Positions 24,868 through 39,786 are shown, counted from the stretch's first letter. The stretch is DNA of 64,000 bases from Convolutriloba macropyga (GCF_964194025.1 NC_134471.1:39990001-40054000); one strand, 5' to 3'. The notes: generated from the letters alone by a model not told the origin. Program-made: numbers and translations.

Positions 24868-25502
24868 AATTTCGGATCTTGTTACTAGAAATGTTATGCA
24901 GTTGCACAATGCAGTCTTTTGCAACTCAAACTCAAAACTCTCAAAATTCTCTGTAAAAAGTGGTGAAGACATATTGTAAAGTCCTAGGCTAACTATCTAT
25001 TGCTACTAATGTGAATTGTGAATCCATCTTCCTCTTACTAAAAATTTTAATAAAAATATTTTTAAAAAGCAACGAAGATCAAGCCTAGTCCACCTCCCGC
25101 ACTTAACTTGCAAGACTTCGAAGCTTTTCTTGCAAGAATTACATAAGAGCAATCATTAGGAGTTTGACCCTAAGCGAATGTTGCTGCTCTACAGGGGGTC
25201 GAGGAGATTGCTTACGAATCTGCGAAATCTACTTACTGGCTTTTGGAGGTCGAATTCACGTCAAAACTTCTTACCATTTCAGCGTACAATTAACAACGTA
25301 GCTTATTAAATACTTTTTAAAAATTCAGTGTAATTAAATTTCACAATAACAGCTGCGGTTTTTTTGTGGGAAAAAAATCAAAAAGCGTGAAATTTAAAGA
25401 CCTTAATTTGTAGAAATCTGATTATATAGAAGCTGTAATTATCAAGGCCTTGGAATTTAATTAAATCAAATTTGGTTTTTAAGTACTTTAAATGTAGCTT
25501 CT

Positions 25503-28500
25503 AACAAGGCGGCTCGGTAATGTGCGATCGCACATAAGGTTCCGACCCCGCTCATCCACAATTTTGGCATAATTGTCTACCAAATGAGGAACAGATGGAA
25601 AAACACAAAAAATTCAAACAATTTTCAAAAAAACTGGCGTATGAACGAAAAGATAGCCTGCAAATAACTCAGAAGAGTAAAAAAATGATGCCTTAGATTG
25701 ATGAGATATGCCGATATTAAGAAAGCTAGCGAAGACGAACGGCAAAATCAAACAACAACAACAAACATTATTTACATCAAAAAATTTATGTCCGTTTTAA
25801 AAAACAAAACTTAATAACAAAGTCAAAATAGCGTCAGATAAAACTCAAAATAAACAAAATATCTTGTAATTCACCACAAAAAAATGGTTATTCATCAGTT
25901 CATAATAAAACTTGGTAACAATTAGAAAAAAAAGAACAGAAACTTTAAAGTTAGAAAGTTCGCTGAATTTTTTTTTAAAAAACAATTAATTTCAAAATAA
26001 TGAAAACCATTAGGAATCAACTAAAATATCCCATAGGTTTGCAACTAATCTTGCGTCTATAGAAGGGAATTAAGAACTCTTGGTATTCAATTTTTTATGC
26101 AGTTACAAAAAGAACAACAAATAGACAACAAACTAAAAATTAATTAAAACTTCCAAGAAAATGCTTTGGAAGCCGTAAAGCCATACTTTGGCCCCCAAAA
26201 TATGTTCGATTGCACCTTCGTTGAACACCAATAATGTATTATCTGGCCACCCATTAATGAAAATAAGCAACAATTAGACAAAAAAGGAAAAAATGCAAAA
26301 TTATGTAATACTTGTTTTTTTCGAAAAAAATTTATTTCCAAAGACATGAAACCCATTAATTACAAAATGAAAAAATTGAATAGGTTCGTTTGTTCCTCCA
26401 ATGGAAACCCTCGAGACCTGCAATTATCCAGTACAAGTCTTACCTCTACGGAAAGAACGTCAAATATGACAAAAATCAAAAATTCATTTATTTTTTTGTG
26501 AAAAACCCGTGTGGAAGCCAGTAAAGTCATAACGAATTCTCCTAAAAAATTAAATTTTGTGACACCAATCCCTTTTGACACCTTCTCCTGAAGTGTATTA
26601 TGTGACCTCTCATTAATGAAACTAGGTAACGATTAGACCAAAATGAAAAAAGCAAGATTATGTAATACATGTTTTTATCGAAAAAAATTTATTTCCAAAC
26701 ACATGAAGCCCAATAATTACAAAATGAAAATTTTGAACAGGTTCGTCCATTCTTCCAAAGGAAGCCCTTGAGGCCTGCATTCATCCAGAATATGTCTTAC
26801 GTCTACATAAACAACATCAAAAATGACAAAAATCAAAAATTCATTTATTTTTTTGTGAAAAACCCGTGTGGAAGCCAGTAAAGTCATAATGAATTCTCCT
26901 AAAAAATTAAATTTTGTGACACCAATCCCTTTTGACACCTTCCCCTGAAATGTATTATGTGACCTCTCATTAATGAAACTAGGTAACAATTAGACCAAAA
27001 AGAAAAAAGCAAGATTATATAATACATGTTTTTATCGAAAAAAATTTATTTCCAAAGACATGAAGCCCAATAATTACAAAATGAAAACTTTGAACAGGTT
27101 CGTCCTTTCTTCCAAAGGAAGCCCTTGAGGCCTGCATTCACCCAGAATATGTCTTACGTCTACATAAAGAACATCAAAAATGACAAAAATCAAAAATTCA
27201 TTTATTTTGTGAAAAACCCGTGTGGAAGCCAGTAAAGTCATAACGAATTCTCCTAAAAAATTAAATTTTGTGACACCAATCCCTTTTGACACCTTCCACT
27301 GAAATGTATTATATGACCTCTCATTAATGAAACTAGGTAACAATTAGACCAAAAAGAAAAAAGCAAGATTATGTAATACATGTTTTTATCGAAAAAAATT
27401 TATTTCCAAAGACATGAAGCCCAATAATTACAAAATGAAAAATTTGAACAGGTTCGTCCATTCTTCCAAAGGAAGCCCTTGAGGCCTGCATTCATCCAGA
27501 ATATGTCTTACGTCTACATAAAGAACATCAAAAATGACAAAAATCAAAAATTCATTTATTTTTTTGTGAAAAACTCGTGTGGAAGCCAGTAAAGTCATAA
27601 CGAAATCTCCTAAAAAAATAAATTTTGTGACATCAATCCCTTTTGACACCTTCCCCTGAAATGTATTATGTGACCTCTCATTAATGAAACTAGGTAACAT
27701 TTAGACCAAAAAAAAGCAAGATTATGTAATACATGTTTTTATCGAAAAAAATTTATTTCCAAAGACATGAAGCCCAATAATTACAAAATGAAAATTTTGA
27801 ACAGGTTCGTCCATTCTTTCAAAGGAAGCCCTTGAGGCCTGCATTCATCCAGAATATGTCTTACGTCTACATAAACAACATCAAAAATGACAAAAATCAA
27901 AAATTCATTTATTTTTTTGTGAAAAACCCGTATGGAAGCCAGTAAAGTCATAACGAATTCTCCTAAAAAAGTAAATTTTGTGACACCAATCCCTTTTGAC
28001 ACCTTCCCCTGAAATGTATTATGTGACCTCTCATTAATGAAACTAGGTAACAATTAGACCAAAAAGAAAAAAGCAAGACTATGTAATACATGTTTTTATC
28101 GAAAAAAATTTATTTCCAAAGACAAGAAGCCCAATAATTACAAAATGAAAATTTTGAACAGGTTCGTCCAATCTTCCAAAAGAAGCCCTTGAGGCCTGCA
28201 TTTATCCAGAATATGTCTTACGTCTACATAAAGAACATCAAAAATGACAAAAATCAAAAATTCATTTATTTTGTGAAAAACCCGTGTGGAAGCCAGTAAA
28301 GTCATAACGAATTCTCCTAAAAAATTAAATTTTGTGACACCAATCCCTTTTGACACCTTCCCCTGAAATGTATTATATGACCTCTCATTAATGAAACTAG
28401 GTAACAATTAGACCAAAAAGAAAAAAGCAAGATTATGTAATACATGTTTTATCGAAAAAAATTTATTTCCAAAGACATGAAGCCCAATAATTACAAAATG

Positions 28501-31007
28501 AAAATTTTGAACAGGTTCATCCATTCTTCCAAAGGAAGCCCTTGAGGCCTGCATTCATCCAGAATATGTCTTACGTCTACATAAAGAACATCAAAAATGA
28601 CAAAAATCAAAAATTCATTTATTTTTTTGTGAAAAACTCGTGTGGAAGCCAGTAAAGTCATAACGAAATCTCCTAAAAAAATAAATTTTGTGACATCAAT
28701 CCCTTTTGACACCTTCCCCTGAAATGTATTATGTGACCTCTCATTAATGAAACTAGGTAACATTTAGACCAAAAAAAAGCAAGATTATGTAATACATGTT
28801 TTTATCGAAAAAAATTTATTTCCAAAGACATGAAGCCCAATAATTACAAAATGAAAATTTTGAACAGGTTCGTCCAATCTTCCAAAAGAAGCCCTTGAGG
28901 CCTGCATTTATCCAGAATATGTCTTACGTCTACATAAAGAACATCAAAAATGACAAAAATCAAAAATTCATTTATTTTTTTGTGAAAAACCTGTGTGGAA
29001 GCCAGTAAAGTCATAACGAATTCTCCTAAAAAATTAAATTTTGTGACACCAATCCTTTTTTACACCTTCCCCTGAAATGTATTATGTGACCTCTGATTAA
29101 TGAAACTAGGTAACAATTAGACCAAAAAGAAAAAAGCAAGATTATGTAATGCATGTTTTTATCAAAAAAATTTATTTCCAAAGACATGAAACCCATTAAT
29201 TACAAAATGAAAAAATTGAATAGGTTCGTTTGTTCCTCCAAAAGAAACCCTCGAGACCTGCAATTATCAAGTACAAGTCTTACCTCTACGAAAAGAACGT
29301 CAAACATGACAAAAATCAAAAATTAATTTACTTTTTTTTGTGAAAAACCCGTGTCGAAGCCAGTAAAGTCATAACGAATTCTTTAAAAACATTAGATTTT
29401 GAGACACGAATTCCTTTTGCGACCATCCTTTGACAAAATTAATTTCATCTTTAACCTTTAATTAACGAGACCAGGTAACAAACAGACAATAAAAAGAACA
29501 AAATTGCGAAGTTGAAATTTTTCTTTCATTTTGGAAAACAATTGTTTTCAAAGTCATGAAAGCCATTATCTATCTTCTAATATCAAAACATAGGCTCATA
29601 TTCTCCTCCTGGAAAAGCCTATCAAACCGGGTCATTGTACAGGAAATTAAATACGACTAAAAAGACAAAGTAAAAACGACAGTTAAGGACAAAATTAAAA
29701 AAATTCAATTAAATTCTTCGAGAAATTACTGTCGAAGCGGTAAAGAACCACAATTTATATCTTTTAGGATTTTATTATTATCAATTGTTTGTTTTTTAAC
29801 GCCAAAAATGTGATATATGAACTGACAATAACGTGATAATTTGACAAAACTAGAAAACATGAAAAATTGGCAAATACCTAAAAATTAAAAAAAAATTGTG
29901 AACTCTATTAGTATAAAAGCCAAAACACCATAACTTAACGCGTAAAACCGCAATAAAGAGTAATTTGAAGTCAGCAGAAAGAAGGAGCACACTTTGATTG
30001 CTGAAACCAAGCTATAAGTTGACCAGATTAAGAGAAAAATGGAGGCAAAGTTCAATAAGCATTTTTTCATTTAAAAATCAAATATTTTAAAAGTCTAAAC
30101 GACCATAAGCTTTCAAGCAATCAACTAGACAAAATAATTTCAAACTCAATAGGAAGCCAATAGGACCTATGACTAGTGAGCTTTGATTTGAAATGTTCTG
30201 TTATTTAATTAAAACAAAAAAAGTTCGAATTTTTTAATAAAAAAACCGACTGACGACTATCCGATATATTTTTGGATTGTAACGGTCCAAGATTGGTACA
30301 GAACTAGTCCTGATAATAATGATTGTCCATTAGGAATATTTAATTTTTGGAAAGTCATTGATATAGATATTTTGTGAGTTAAAAAAACCAAAATAAAAGC
30401 TGCTTTTTTGATAATCAACGAATAAAGTTAGCAAAAAACGGCAAAATTTTATATACAGAGCACTCTCAACGGAAGTTGAAGTGGAATTGGCCCCCTTTTT
30501 CAGTCTACAAAGATTGTGTTAGTGGTGTTTGGTTGTGCACTTCCTGCAAGTTTAATCAGAGTGTACTAAAGAAACTTATTTCGTGCTGTTTTTGATGAAA
30601 AAGTCTGAATTTTGTGAAATATTTAGCCGGAATTTGTTACAAAACAATTCAATGAAAATAGCCGACAATAAATTTTGTCTGAAAACGGAGAATCGACAAC
30701 ATTGTCTTGAAAATTTTTATTCAATTTTATCAAAATTGGCAAAAATTTAGTCAAAAATTCCGAAAAAAGGTGAGTGAAATCACCTGAGTTCACACTATTT
30801 TCCCAAAAGTTTAAACCTCGATATCTCCCTGTCAAAAACGAAAATCAAAAAAATGTTTTTAATTCCATATTCTACGCTGGACAAGCTTTCTAATGATACC
30901 GGTCTCAACTCTCTACGATGAATATATCGATCGGCCAAAATTGACTGAACAAAAAAAAACCCATTTGAGTATATAGTTCCTCCCCCCCTCAAGAGGGGTC
31001 GGAATAA
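25503..31007 (-). mobile_element. Helentron/DINE-1-like element copy H2, expanded by an internal satellite
   Basis: Reverse-complement termini: AACAAGGCGGCTCGGTA, perfect palindrome ATGTGCGATCGCACAT (25520-25535), GTTCCGACCCC (25539-25549); other end GGGGTCGGAA (30995-31004). Confidence 0.8.
26250..29420. repeat. ~355-bp tandem satellite (~9 copies) with a ~1064-bp trimeric higher-order repeat
   Basis: Anchor TTACAAAATGAAAA at 26360, 26717, 27074, 27428, 27781, 28138, 28491, 28844 and 29200. Confidence 0.96.
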
Positions 31008-32777
31008 TTACTTTAAAGGTGGTCTTGAATTACAAAGCGCCTGGAATGCCATTACTTTAAATCTTCGAATTGTACTTATGTTGAGAGCGTAAAATCTAAT
31101 TAAAAGTTTCTGTAAGTGTTTTTCTTTGTTGTGAACTCTATTTACGTTTTCTCGCTTATAGGTTTCAAAAAACCGGTAATTAAAATTAAGGTAAGCATTT
31201 TTCACAAGTTATATTTAAGAAAACAAGTACCAAGATTGATTATGCAATTCACTTACAATTTAGCGCAAATTTTCACAAAAAATTTGGGTTAAACAACCCC
31301 TAATGATGATTATCTTGCAGAAAATCTAAACAATATCTTGCAAGAATCGTGCAAGATCTTGAAAGATAGCTGCTGGCAATAGACAGGGGAAATGTTCCAC
31401 AACTATTTTTTCCTTGAATCTGTTCGATCGAAACCGCTTTTGAAAGTGGATACCTAAATGACCAACAGGCTAAACCTATAGTCAAATTGAAGTTCTTAAA
31501 TCAAACATTACTGGAAACGTGTCAGTTACCGCCTTTTTTTATGAAAAATCTCAGCAGTTCAATTAATTAAATCGTCCAAGTTACAAAATCAAACCCTGAC
31601 AATAAATTTTGCAAAGCAATTTTGTTTGCTTGTGATAGGCTATCTTATTTCTGTTTGCTGAATCAGCCAGTTGTGGTTATATGGAAAATTCTATTTCGCT
31701 ATTTTGAATTCTTAAAAATATATGGCCGGTCTTAAACATATTTTCGGTCATTCCTAAAAATTCTTAGAGATATCTGTCTATAGCTAGCAATGCGCACCCC
31801 AAGGCAACAAGTTTCAATATGAAAATCTGCCACCCTAGGAGACTCTTGCCCAGCCAAATTGGCTAGACACAATCAAATAAAAGTGGTCTGATCAGACTGA
31901 TGGTGAAAACGAAGAATCATAATATTCAATTTTGTTCAACCAGTACGCACCATTCTTTTGGATTTAATTTCAGAAGTGAACTCCTTCACCGTAAATTGAT
32001 TAAACTTCCAACTGAAAAAACAGTTATAGACAAGACCTATAAACGTTGAGCAATCAAGTTATCGTAAAAGTTCTGTCACAATAAGGCTGGTCCAATAGTA
32101 ACTAACAAACCAACTTTCCAAGGAATGCTTGCAACCGTTGATTGTCATGGGGGTGCTCCTCACTACAGTCCGTTGCTATGTACAAATTGGTACAAATAGG
32201 AGGTAGAAAATTTTCTTGGATTTTCAAGCTAAATCCGTATTACAATCTCAATATACAAGTGAGAGCGTTTCAAATCTGCCCTTTGATTACGCTTCTCTCA
32301 TCAACTTTGAGCAATTATTGACATAAAAGGGAAATGAGAATGCTGCTCGTACGTTTTATGAAAAAATACAAGCTTCTTAATGGCTTTCAACTCTTCTTCA
32401 ATATCGATGGCATTTGTTAGGCAATTTGAGACACAATATAGATTAGATCGCAAACTTTTACATCGACTATAAGGAAACTTTCACAGAAAATAGTTCTTCC
32501 AAGTTTACATTCTTTTCAACAAAAAAATCGGTCAATTTTAGTAAGGAAAAAATTAAGTTTGACTAAAGACTGAAAACAATTTTTGCTCAACATCACTTGA
32601 GATTTTAAAAAAAGCGGGCAAACAAAAACCTCACAGCCCGGTTTGCCTGTCAGGGTTCATTCGTTCATCCGGTTACTAGCACTGCTCATGTGTATTGAGT
32701 AATTTGCTGCTCAACGTAGTTTAAAAAAAACATTTGGATCTGAAGTATGAAGTATAATAATTAATTTTCAATCCGTG

Positions 32778-35700
32778 TGTTGCCAATGTTATTGCAACTT
32801 TCAAGATGATTCAAAAAACCGCCCAAAATTGCAACAAAAACTTTGATTCTTTTGTCCAACAACGTGAAACTTAGACGTGCTCTTTCAACAAATGATTAGA
32901 CTAGAGATATGTTTTAAAACGTAATTTTGGCGACCATCCGCCTTGATAAGGACATAAAACCTTCTGAATTCAATTTAATTTTCTTGAAACAAAGAGGGGG
33001 CATGAGCACACCCCAAGACTAATATCCAAGACTACGACGTCACCCCAGAGGAAGAGTTTTTTATTGCAGACGAGCCAACCAAAGACGAAGAGCTCTTTTT
33101 TTCAAGGATTTTCAGACGTCACCCGACCAAGAAGGCCTGACATTTTTTGGTTACAGACGTCACCATGAGATGATTGCCCGAGGTTCCAGACGTCACCCCA
33201 GAAGTCCTTTCCCCGGTTAGACGTATCCAAAAAACCTGAATTTTTTGCGACACAAATAATTTCAAACACACAAAAATTGTCCCCCAACGAGCTTTTGTTG
33301 ATGGTTTATGAATGAAATAGCCGAGAGAAACTACATCTGAGCAATTAACGAAAAAAAACAAATTCCACGAAAAAAAACGATATAGCGTTTTTTGCATCGG
33401 AAAAACTCAAAAACAATTTTCTGAATTTGTCGCAAAAAATCTACATGAAAGTAAATTTACTAGTTGAATTAAATACTTCCGTTGGATCTCAAATCAACAT
33501 TTCTTTAGTTGAAATCTTCATGTAAAATTTTTGCTCAAAAAATGAAAAACGCAGAAGTGCTTTCTTGGGAGCCAAAAATCAAAAAATGCCACCGTTAGAC
33601 CAAAAGAAAAGTCTTCTGTTCCGTTAAATAAGGAAAGAGAAGATCAAAGCATACAACGTCTTGCATTAAATTTACAAATTTCATTTCATCATAACTGCCC
33701 AGTTAACAAAACCAATACTTACCAAACGTCAAGTTCATGCAATTTAAGTAAGCAAATGCTTCAGCGTCAATTTCATTCAAAAAAACGAACAAATAGAATG
33801 AAACCACGCCAAATCCATATTGTTACGAAAACAATCGTCACAATCCCCTGCATTTTGACAACAATCAAAGTTCAACTGCTCAAACCGTTTCAAACACTCA
33901 GTTTTCAGCTGTTCAAATAAGTGAAAACCAGAACAACCGGAAATTGGTGTGGGCAATGTCTTTACCAACGGTAGCGCAAACAAACGTTTCCCAACAATTT
34001 CAGAACCCATATTACCCAACTGGAGTACATTTTAGCAATAGAAATCGAACGGAAGAACCAAACGATGTAAAATTTCCCCCTCCAATACAACACTCAGCAA
34101 CCAAGGTACCAACCTCGTTTGCTGTACATCATCACAGCCACCTAATTTTCCGCTTACTCCGGAAAACCCATTTACAATCTACCAAACAGCCTTTCATCCC
34201 CCCATTGCGCAACATATTAGCCAACCAAAAGTTTCGGGAAATTCGAAACAAATTCCAAATTGGTCATTTCCTGGAAACGAACCTCTTCAACCACGAACTA
34301 AAATACAAACAAAAACCATCCCATTTGAACAAAATTTTAATTTACAAACCACAAATAAGAGTTCCATTAAACTTCCTCCTATAACAACTCCAAACTTCAA
34401 TGGAAATCCACTGAAGTACCATGAGTGGATAAACATTTTTTTCAACCTTGTCCGCAATAATATCAGTCTTACAGATACACACCGTATAACATACCTGCAA
34501 AACTCGGTCGTCGGAAAAGCCAAGGAAAAAATCCAAGCTTATTCGTGTGACCATGCTTACTACCTGATTGCGTTGAAAGAGCTTATGGATCACTTTGGGG
34601 AGCCTAGCATTGCTGTGAAAGCTTTCATCAATCAATTTGAAGCCTGGCGCCCGAACAATGGTTACAACAAACAGAATTTTGTATCTTTTGCTTCTTTTCT
34701 CAAACGGTTAGTGCAAGCTTTTGACTATTTAGGTTTCAAAGCTGACTTGCACAGCTCAACTTTGATGAAAAAGGCAAAAGAAAAAATTCCACATAAGATT
34801 TTGATAAAATGGACAGAACATACAATCACATCAATTGTTTATCATCCCACACTCTCTGAATTCCAAAAGTGGCTTGAAGTACAGACCCAAGAATACGACA
34901 AAATCAACAAAGAAAATGTTCATAAGCCGTTTAATAATTTGAACACTTTTGGTCAAAACAATAATAACATTAGCAGAATTAACAACAACAATGATAATAG
35001 GAACAGCAATGCGATGAATCAATTTTCTAAAAATTCACAAAACAATTGGAAACAAATTTCATTGCACTCAAGTCGCCCTGCAAACCAGCATGGACAACCA
35101 CCCTTTTCTCAGCTTAAAGATGCTGATCAGTCAAACAAATATTGCAAGAAATGCAAAGGAAGTCACATACTCGCTACATGCCCTGAATACCAGAAATGTT
35201 CGCCAGACCAAAGGTATGAAATTGTGAGCAAGAACAATCTTTGCTTGAACAACAAACATTTTAAGCAGTCATGTCCGTCCACAAAACGATGCCAAACATG
35301 AAAAGGTTTTCACCACACAACTTTTCATGAACCTTCAAAACAAGTTAACCGGCCCATCGCTGCTTTCTCGACAAGCAATCCAAAATGAGCCGACACAAAA
35401 TCTAGCAAGACCCCAAACACAGCCATCCTTTCAGCAAGAAAATCAAAACAAAAGTACTGACACTGTCATTAGTAAAAAGAGCCAGCACACAAGATATGGT
35501 CAATCGTTTTCTAGTAAATAACAATCACAACAACAAAATATTCAACGCGCCCATTTGAATGCTTCGAATCCGACCCAAAGCTTCAGTATCAACCGATATA
35601 CAATTCATCCTCCTGAATGGCTTGAATAACTACAAATACTACCAGTTTCATTTGTAAACGGAAGCAAAGTGTTTGATACCTATGCCTTGATCGACCGCGG

Positions 35701-38700
35701 AAGCCAATTCTCCTTCCTGCTGGATAAAGTTACTAGGTTTTTTGAGCTTCCCTGCGAAGCACAAGCATCAACAACTCTGCGGTACCTAAACACTGAACAT
35801 GAAATTCCACTGTCCAAAATAAGTGAAACAGTGACAGTAACGCCTTTTGACAAAATCAATCAGCAATTCAGCAATGCAAGAGCCTATAGCACGCCATGTC
35901 TCAAGGTATCACCCGCTAACGCTCTTGAACTCAATCAATTAAGCGACACCTTCAAGGAACTTAGTCATATTTGTTTACCTGACATAGCCAACGGTGCAAT
36001 AGGCGCCCTTCTTGGTGTCAATACGTTTGCCTTCACATATCCAGTCGATGTAATCCAAGGTAGCAAAAAACGTCTAGTTGGCGTCATAACAAAGCTGGGT
36101 TGGACCCTAGCTGGAGAGTACGAGCTATCTCATAAAACAATGAATGCAAACAAGCCCCAGCGCCAACCATTCATTTACCATGTCTGCCAGAAGGATATTG
36201 GAGAAGAACCATTGGACGAATTGGTTCAAAGATTCTGGAAAATAGAAGCTGAAGGCACATTACCCTAACAGAATGAAGAGAGCTCACTAGACCAAATAGC
36301 AGTGCAAATAATGGAAAACTCAACCTGTCACAACGGTGAAAGATTTCAGATTGGCCTTCCTTGGAAACCCGTAAAGAAACTCCAAGTTAACTATTTCTCA
36401 GCAGTCAGTCAACTAAAAAGTCTACAAAAACAACTACAAAACGATCCCGGTCTCAATCAGAAGTTTAACCAGACACTCCAAACAGACTTGGATAACAATT
36501 TCTGTCAAAACAGTCGAAATGTAAGCACCACCTCCAGAGTCAATATGAGACTTACCTCATCATCCAGTCACTAATCCAAACAAACCCGGAAAAGTGAGAA
36601 GAGTTGCCATCGCAGCATCAATGTTCCCCAGTGAAGCACTGAACTCTAATCTTCTAACTGGTCCTGATTTGGTGAATAACTTAGTTGGAGTTCTGTTGAG
36701 ATTCAGAGAACACCTGGTTTCTGTTTTGTCAGACATCGAAGGAATGTTTATGCAAATTGCTTTGAGACAAGAAGACCAGTCTGCACTTTGTTTCCTTTGG
36801 ATGATAGACAACTCCATTCGACAATTCCAACTCAATAGATTAATCTTCGGCGCAACATGTTCACCATTTTGCGCAATTTATGTGCTCAATAAATGTGCAG
36901 AAGACAACAAAAGTAAATTTCCAGCCGCCCTGAACGCAATTAAACAGCACTTTTATATGGATGACTACATCCAGTCCCTGCCAACAATCTGAGAAGCCAA
37001 AGAAGTCATATCACAGACAACAAGATGCCTGAAAAATGGTGGCTTCAGGTTGACAAAATTTGTTTCATACGAACCAGATGTACTCGCTGAAATCTCTTCC
37101 GACGACAAAGACGAAACAAAAGAGATCATAAAAGTCGTTGGTCAAAAATGAAACATAACAACTGACGATTTTGTCATGTTTCCCCTACAACAATTTCCTA
37201 AAGATGCAGCAGTGAACACACAAAGGAAATTATTCAGTTTGGCATCCTCAATCTTTGATCCTCTCGGCTTGCTGTCTCCTCTGACAATTAGGATTAAAAT
37301 GATTCTGCAGCAGATTTGGAAACTTGGAAAAAAATGGGATGAATTGAAACCACTTGAACTACAGAATTCCCTCCAGAAAGTTCTTAACAGCTACTTTGCC
37401 ACGCCAGAAACTCGCATACCAAGAACTGTTCACAATTTGAGCAAAAACCCAGCCAGCCAACTGCACAATTTTGTGGATGCCTCAAGTGCAGCTATGGCAG
37501 CCGTTTCTTACCTCCGTACCTCAAATAACCAAACTAGTCATCAACAAGCCTCTTTTCTCATGGGAAAGTGCAAAGTCGCTCCCATTAAATAAATGTGCCA
37601 AAAATGGAACTAGAAGCCGCTGTTATAGGATTGCGCCTTCGACAACTGATCCAAAGAGAAATGACACTGACATTCGACCAAATTTTTCTCTGGTCCGACA
37701 GTCAAGTAATCTTGGAATGGATAGCCTCAAATAAGAAACAAAACCTTTTTGTTTCAAACGGATTGCAAGAAATTCATAAAATTTCTTCACCCCAGCAATG
37801 GCATCACATTTCAAATTCTCTCAATCCCGCCAATCACGGAACTCGCGGACTTGAGACAATCGAAATTCAGCAGAAATGGTTAGAACCAGCCCAATTTCTT
37901 TGCGAAAATGAGTCGGCCTGGAATGAGATAAACAAACCACGCGCAATATGTGCGGCAGTCACGAGAAGTCCAAAGACAATTGAACCTATAGTCGATCCGA
38001 GTAAATTCTCAACATGGCACAAACTTCTTCTGACAGTTGCAACAGTGTTCAACCTAAATAATCGCGCAAAGAAAACGTGAACGAACAATCACCAATACAC
38101 AACTGAAGACATTCAATTATCAAAAAATTATCTCCTGAAATTATCTCGAGACCGTTTTTTCCATTCGGCCATTAATTCCTTACCACGTGGAATCAAACCA
38201 GATTCTAGGCGCAAAAAACGATACTTAAATCCGTTGTTGGTTGATAACGGATTACTCAGATCTTGTGGTCGATTGCAGTATGCACCAACACAACTGGATT
38301 TAGAAAAATAATTTTGCACGCCAAGGACAAAATTGTTCGTTTGTACTTGGAACACGCCCATCAAATATGTATTCACCAGTCCACAGAACCCACAAAAGCA
38401 TTCATTCAACAACGTTACCATGTGATTGGCCTCCGGAAAGCGTTAGCAAGCGTACGATTTCCTTGTTTCTAATGTCGACGCTTTGACACGAAAAACATAA
38501 AACCAATTATGGCACCATAACCCAGTTTTCGTTTTCCAACAGCAGAAACACAGTTCCCCCTTGCTAATTCTTGTTTAGATTTCTTTGGACCCTTCTACAT
38601 CGAAGATTCCAAAGGCATTATAGAAAAACATTATAGTCAGATATTTACTTGCATGGTGACGCGTGCAGTTCACTTAGAGCGTGTCCAGACCTAAACACCG

Positions 38701-39786
38701 ATACGTTTCTCAGTGCCTTCAGAAGATTTCGCAGTCGTCAATGCCAGCCCCAACTTCTCTACAGCGACAACGAGAAAACTTTTGTAGGCGCCTCTGAATA
38801 ACTTAAGAAAACTGTTAAAGCATTGAACAATAATAGGATCTACAAAGCTTTAGCAGTAGCCAATACAATGTGGAAATTCAACCCTCCATATGGCCCTCAT
38901 TTTGGCGGTGTCTGGGAGCGTTTGATCCAGAGCGCCATAAGAACGCTCCTTCTCATTCTAGGATCCAGAAGACTCTCTTTTGACACTTTCCTAACAATCA
39001 TGGTGGAAACAGAATCAATCCTCAACTCCAGACCACTGACTAACGTTGCTGAGCAGCCCGACAACGAGGAACCCTTGACTCCAAACCATTTTCTCATCCA
39101 GCGTCCCTTCAATAGCTTGCCACCAGGACAATTTGGAGACCAGCAACCTGCAAGCTTGAAGACATGAAAGAACACGCAGAAGCTGATGAACCACATATGG
39201 CGACGCTTGGTGAAAGAGTATCTGCCAACCCCTAGCCGACGGTCAAAATGGTCAAACAGCAATGATCGACCGCTCATAGTGGACGACATCGTTTGGTTGT
39301 TGAAAGACCAAACACCAAGAGGAATCTTGCCACTGGAAAGAGTCATGGAAACAACACCTGGACGAGATGGAGAAACAAGAGTAGTAAAGGTAAAAATGGC
39401 TTACGGCACGTACGTTCGCCCCGTTTCCGGTCTCACACGCGTTTTTTCTCTGTCGTTTTTTATATTTTCTCGCTCCGGTTTTAGGCAATGGAGTTACCCT
39501 CTTCCCACAAATTGATGTACTGATGATATTGACAACATTTCACCCTACACTTTCAGAGCCAATTTCAATGAAGATGACAAAAGACTTCAATCAATTGGTG
39601 CCTCCGAAAACCCTTGATGCACCCTTTGTGTCCCTGCAGCATGTTGCCAATGCTATTGCAACTTTCAAGATGACTCAAATAACCCAGCAAAATTGCAAAA
39701 AAAAAATTTGACTCTTTTGTCCAACAACGTGAAACTTAGACGTGCTCTTTTAACAAATGATTAGACTAGAGATAAGTTTTAAAACA
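32778..39786 (+). mobile_element. BEL/Pao LTR retrotransposon BEL-2, an older, internally deleted relative of BEL-1
   Basis: ~145-bp LTRs at 32778-32921 and 39642-39786 (clearly more diverged than those of BEL-1). TSD CCGTG at 32773-32777 and 39787-39791. Candidate PBS TGGCGACC at 32928. Confidence 0.94.
33700..39450 (+). pseudogene. BEL-2 gag-pol remnant
   Basis: Fragments colinear with BEL-1: gag knuckles, ALIDRGS protease, YMDDY RT, RNase H, PHFGGVWE integrase. Many stops and frameshifts; the gag N-terminus appears to be missing. Confidence 0.92.

Noticed and set aside
26360-28763. Seven near-identical 73-90 aa minus-strand ORFs resembling a tandem gene array
   Set aside because: They are translations of the 355-bp satellite unit inside a non-coding transposon. 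The ORF-track starts are mostly non-ATG and the homologous single-copy segment in H4 does not conserve the frame.
31300-32700. Possible decayed gene or transposase (TCTTGCAAGA repeats, GNENAARTFYE peptide)
   Set aside because: Too fragmentary: no consistent frame, termini or second motif.
14071-39167. Alternative nuclear genetic code (TGA = Trp)
   Set aside because: Host genes use TGG for Trp and end in TGA (24865-24867, 53027-53029), and a TGA also replaces a Cys codon in the BEL-1 RT, so these are mutations rather than a code change.
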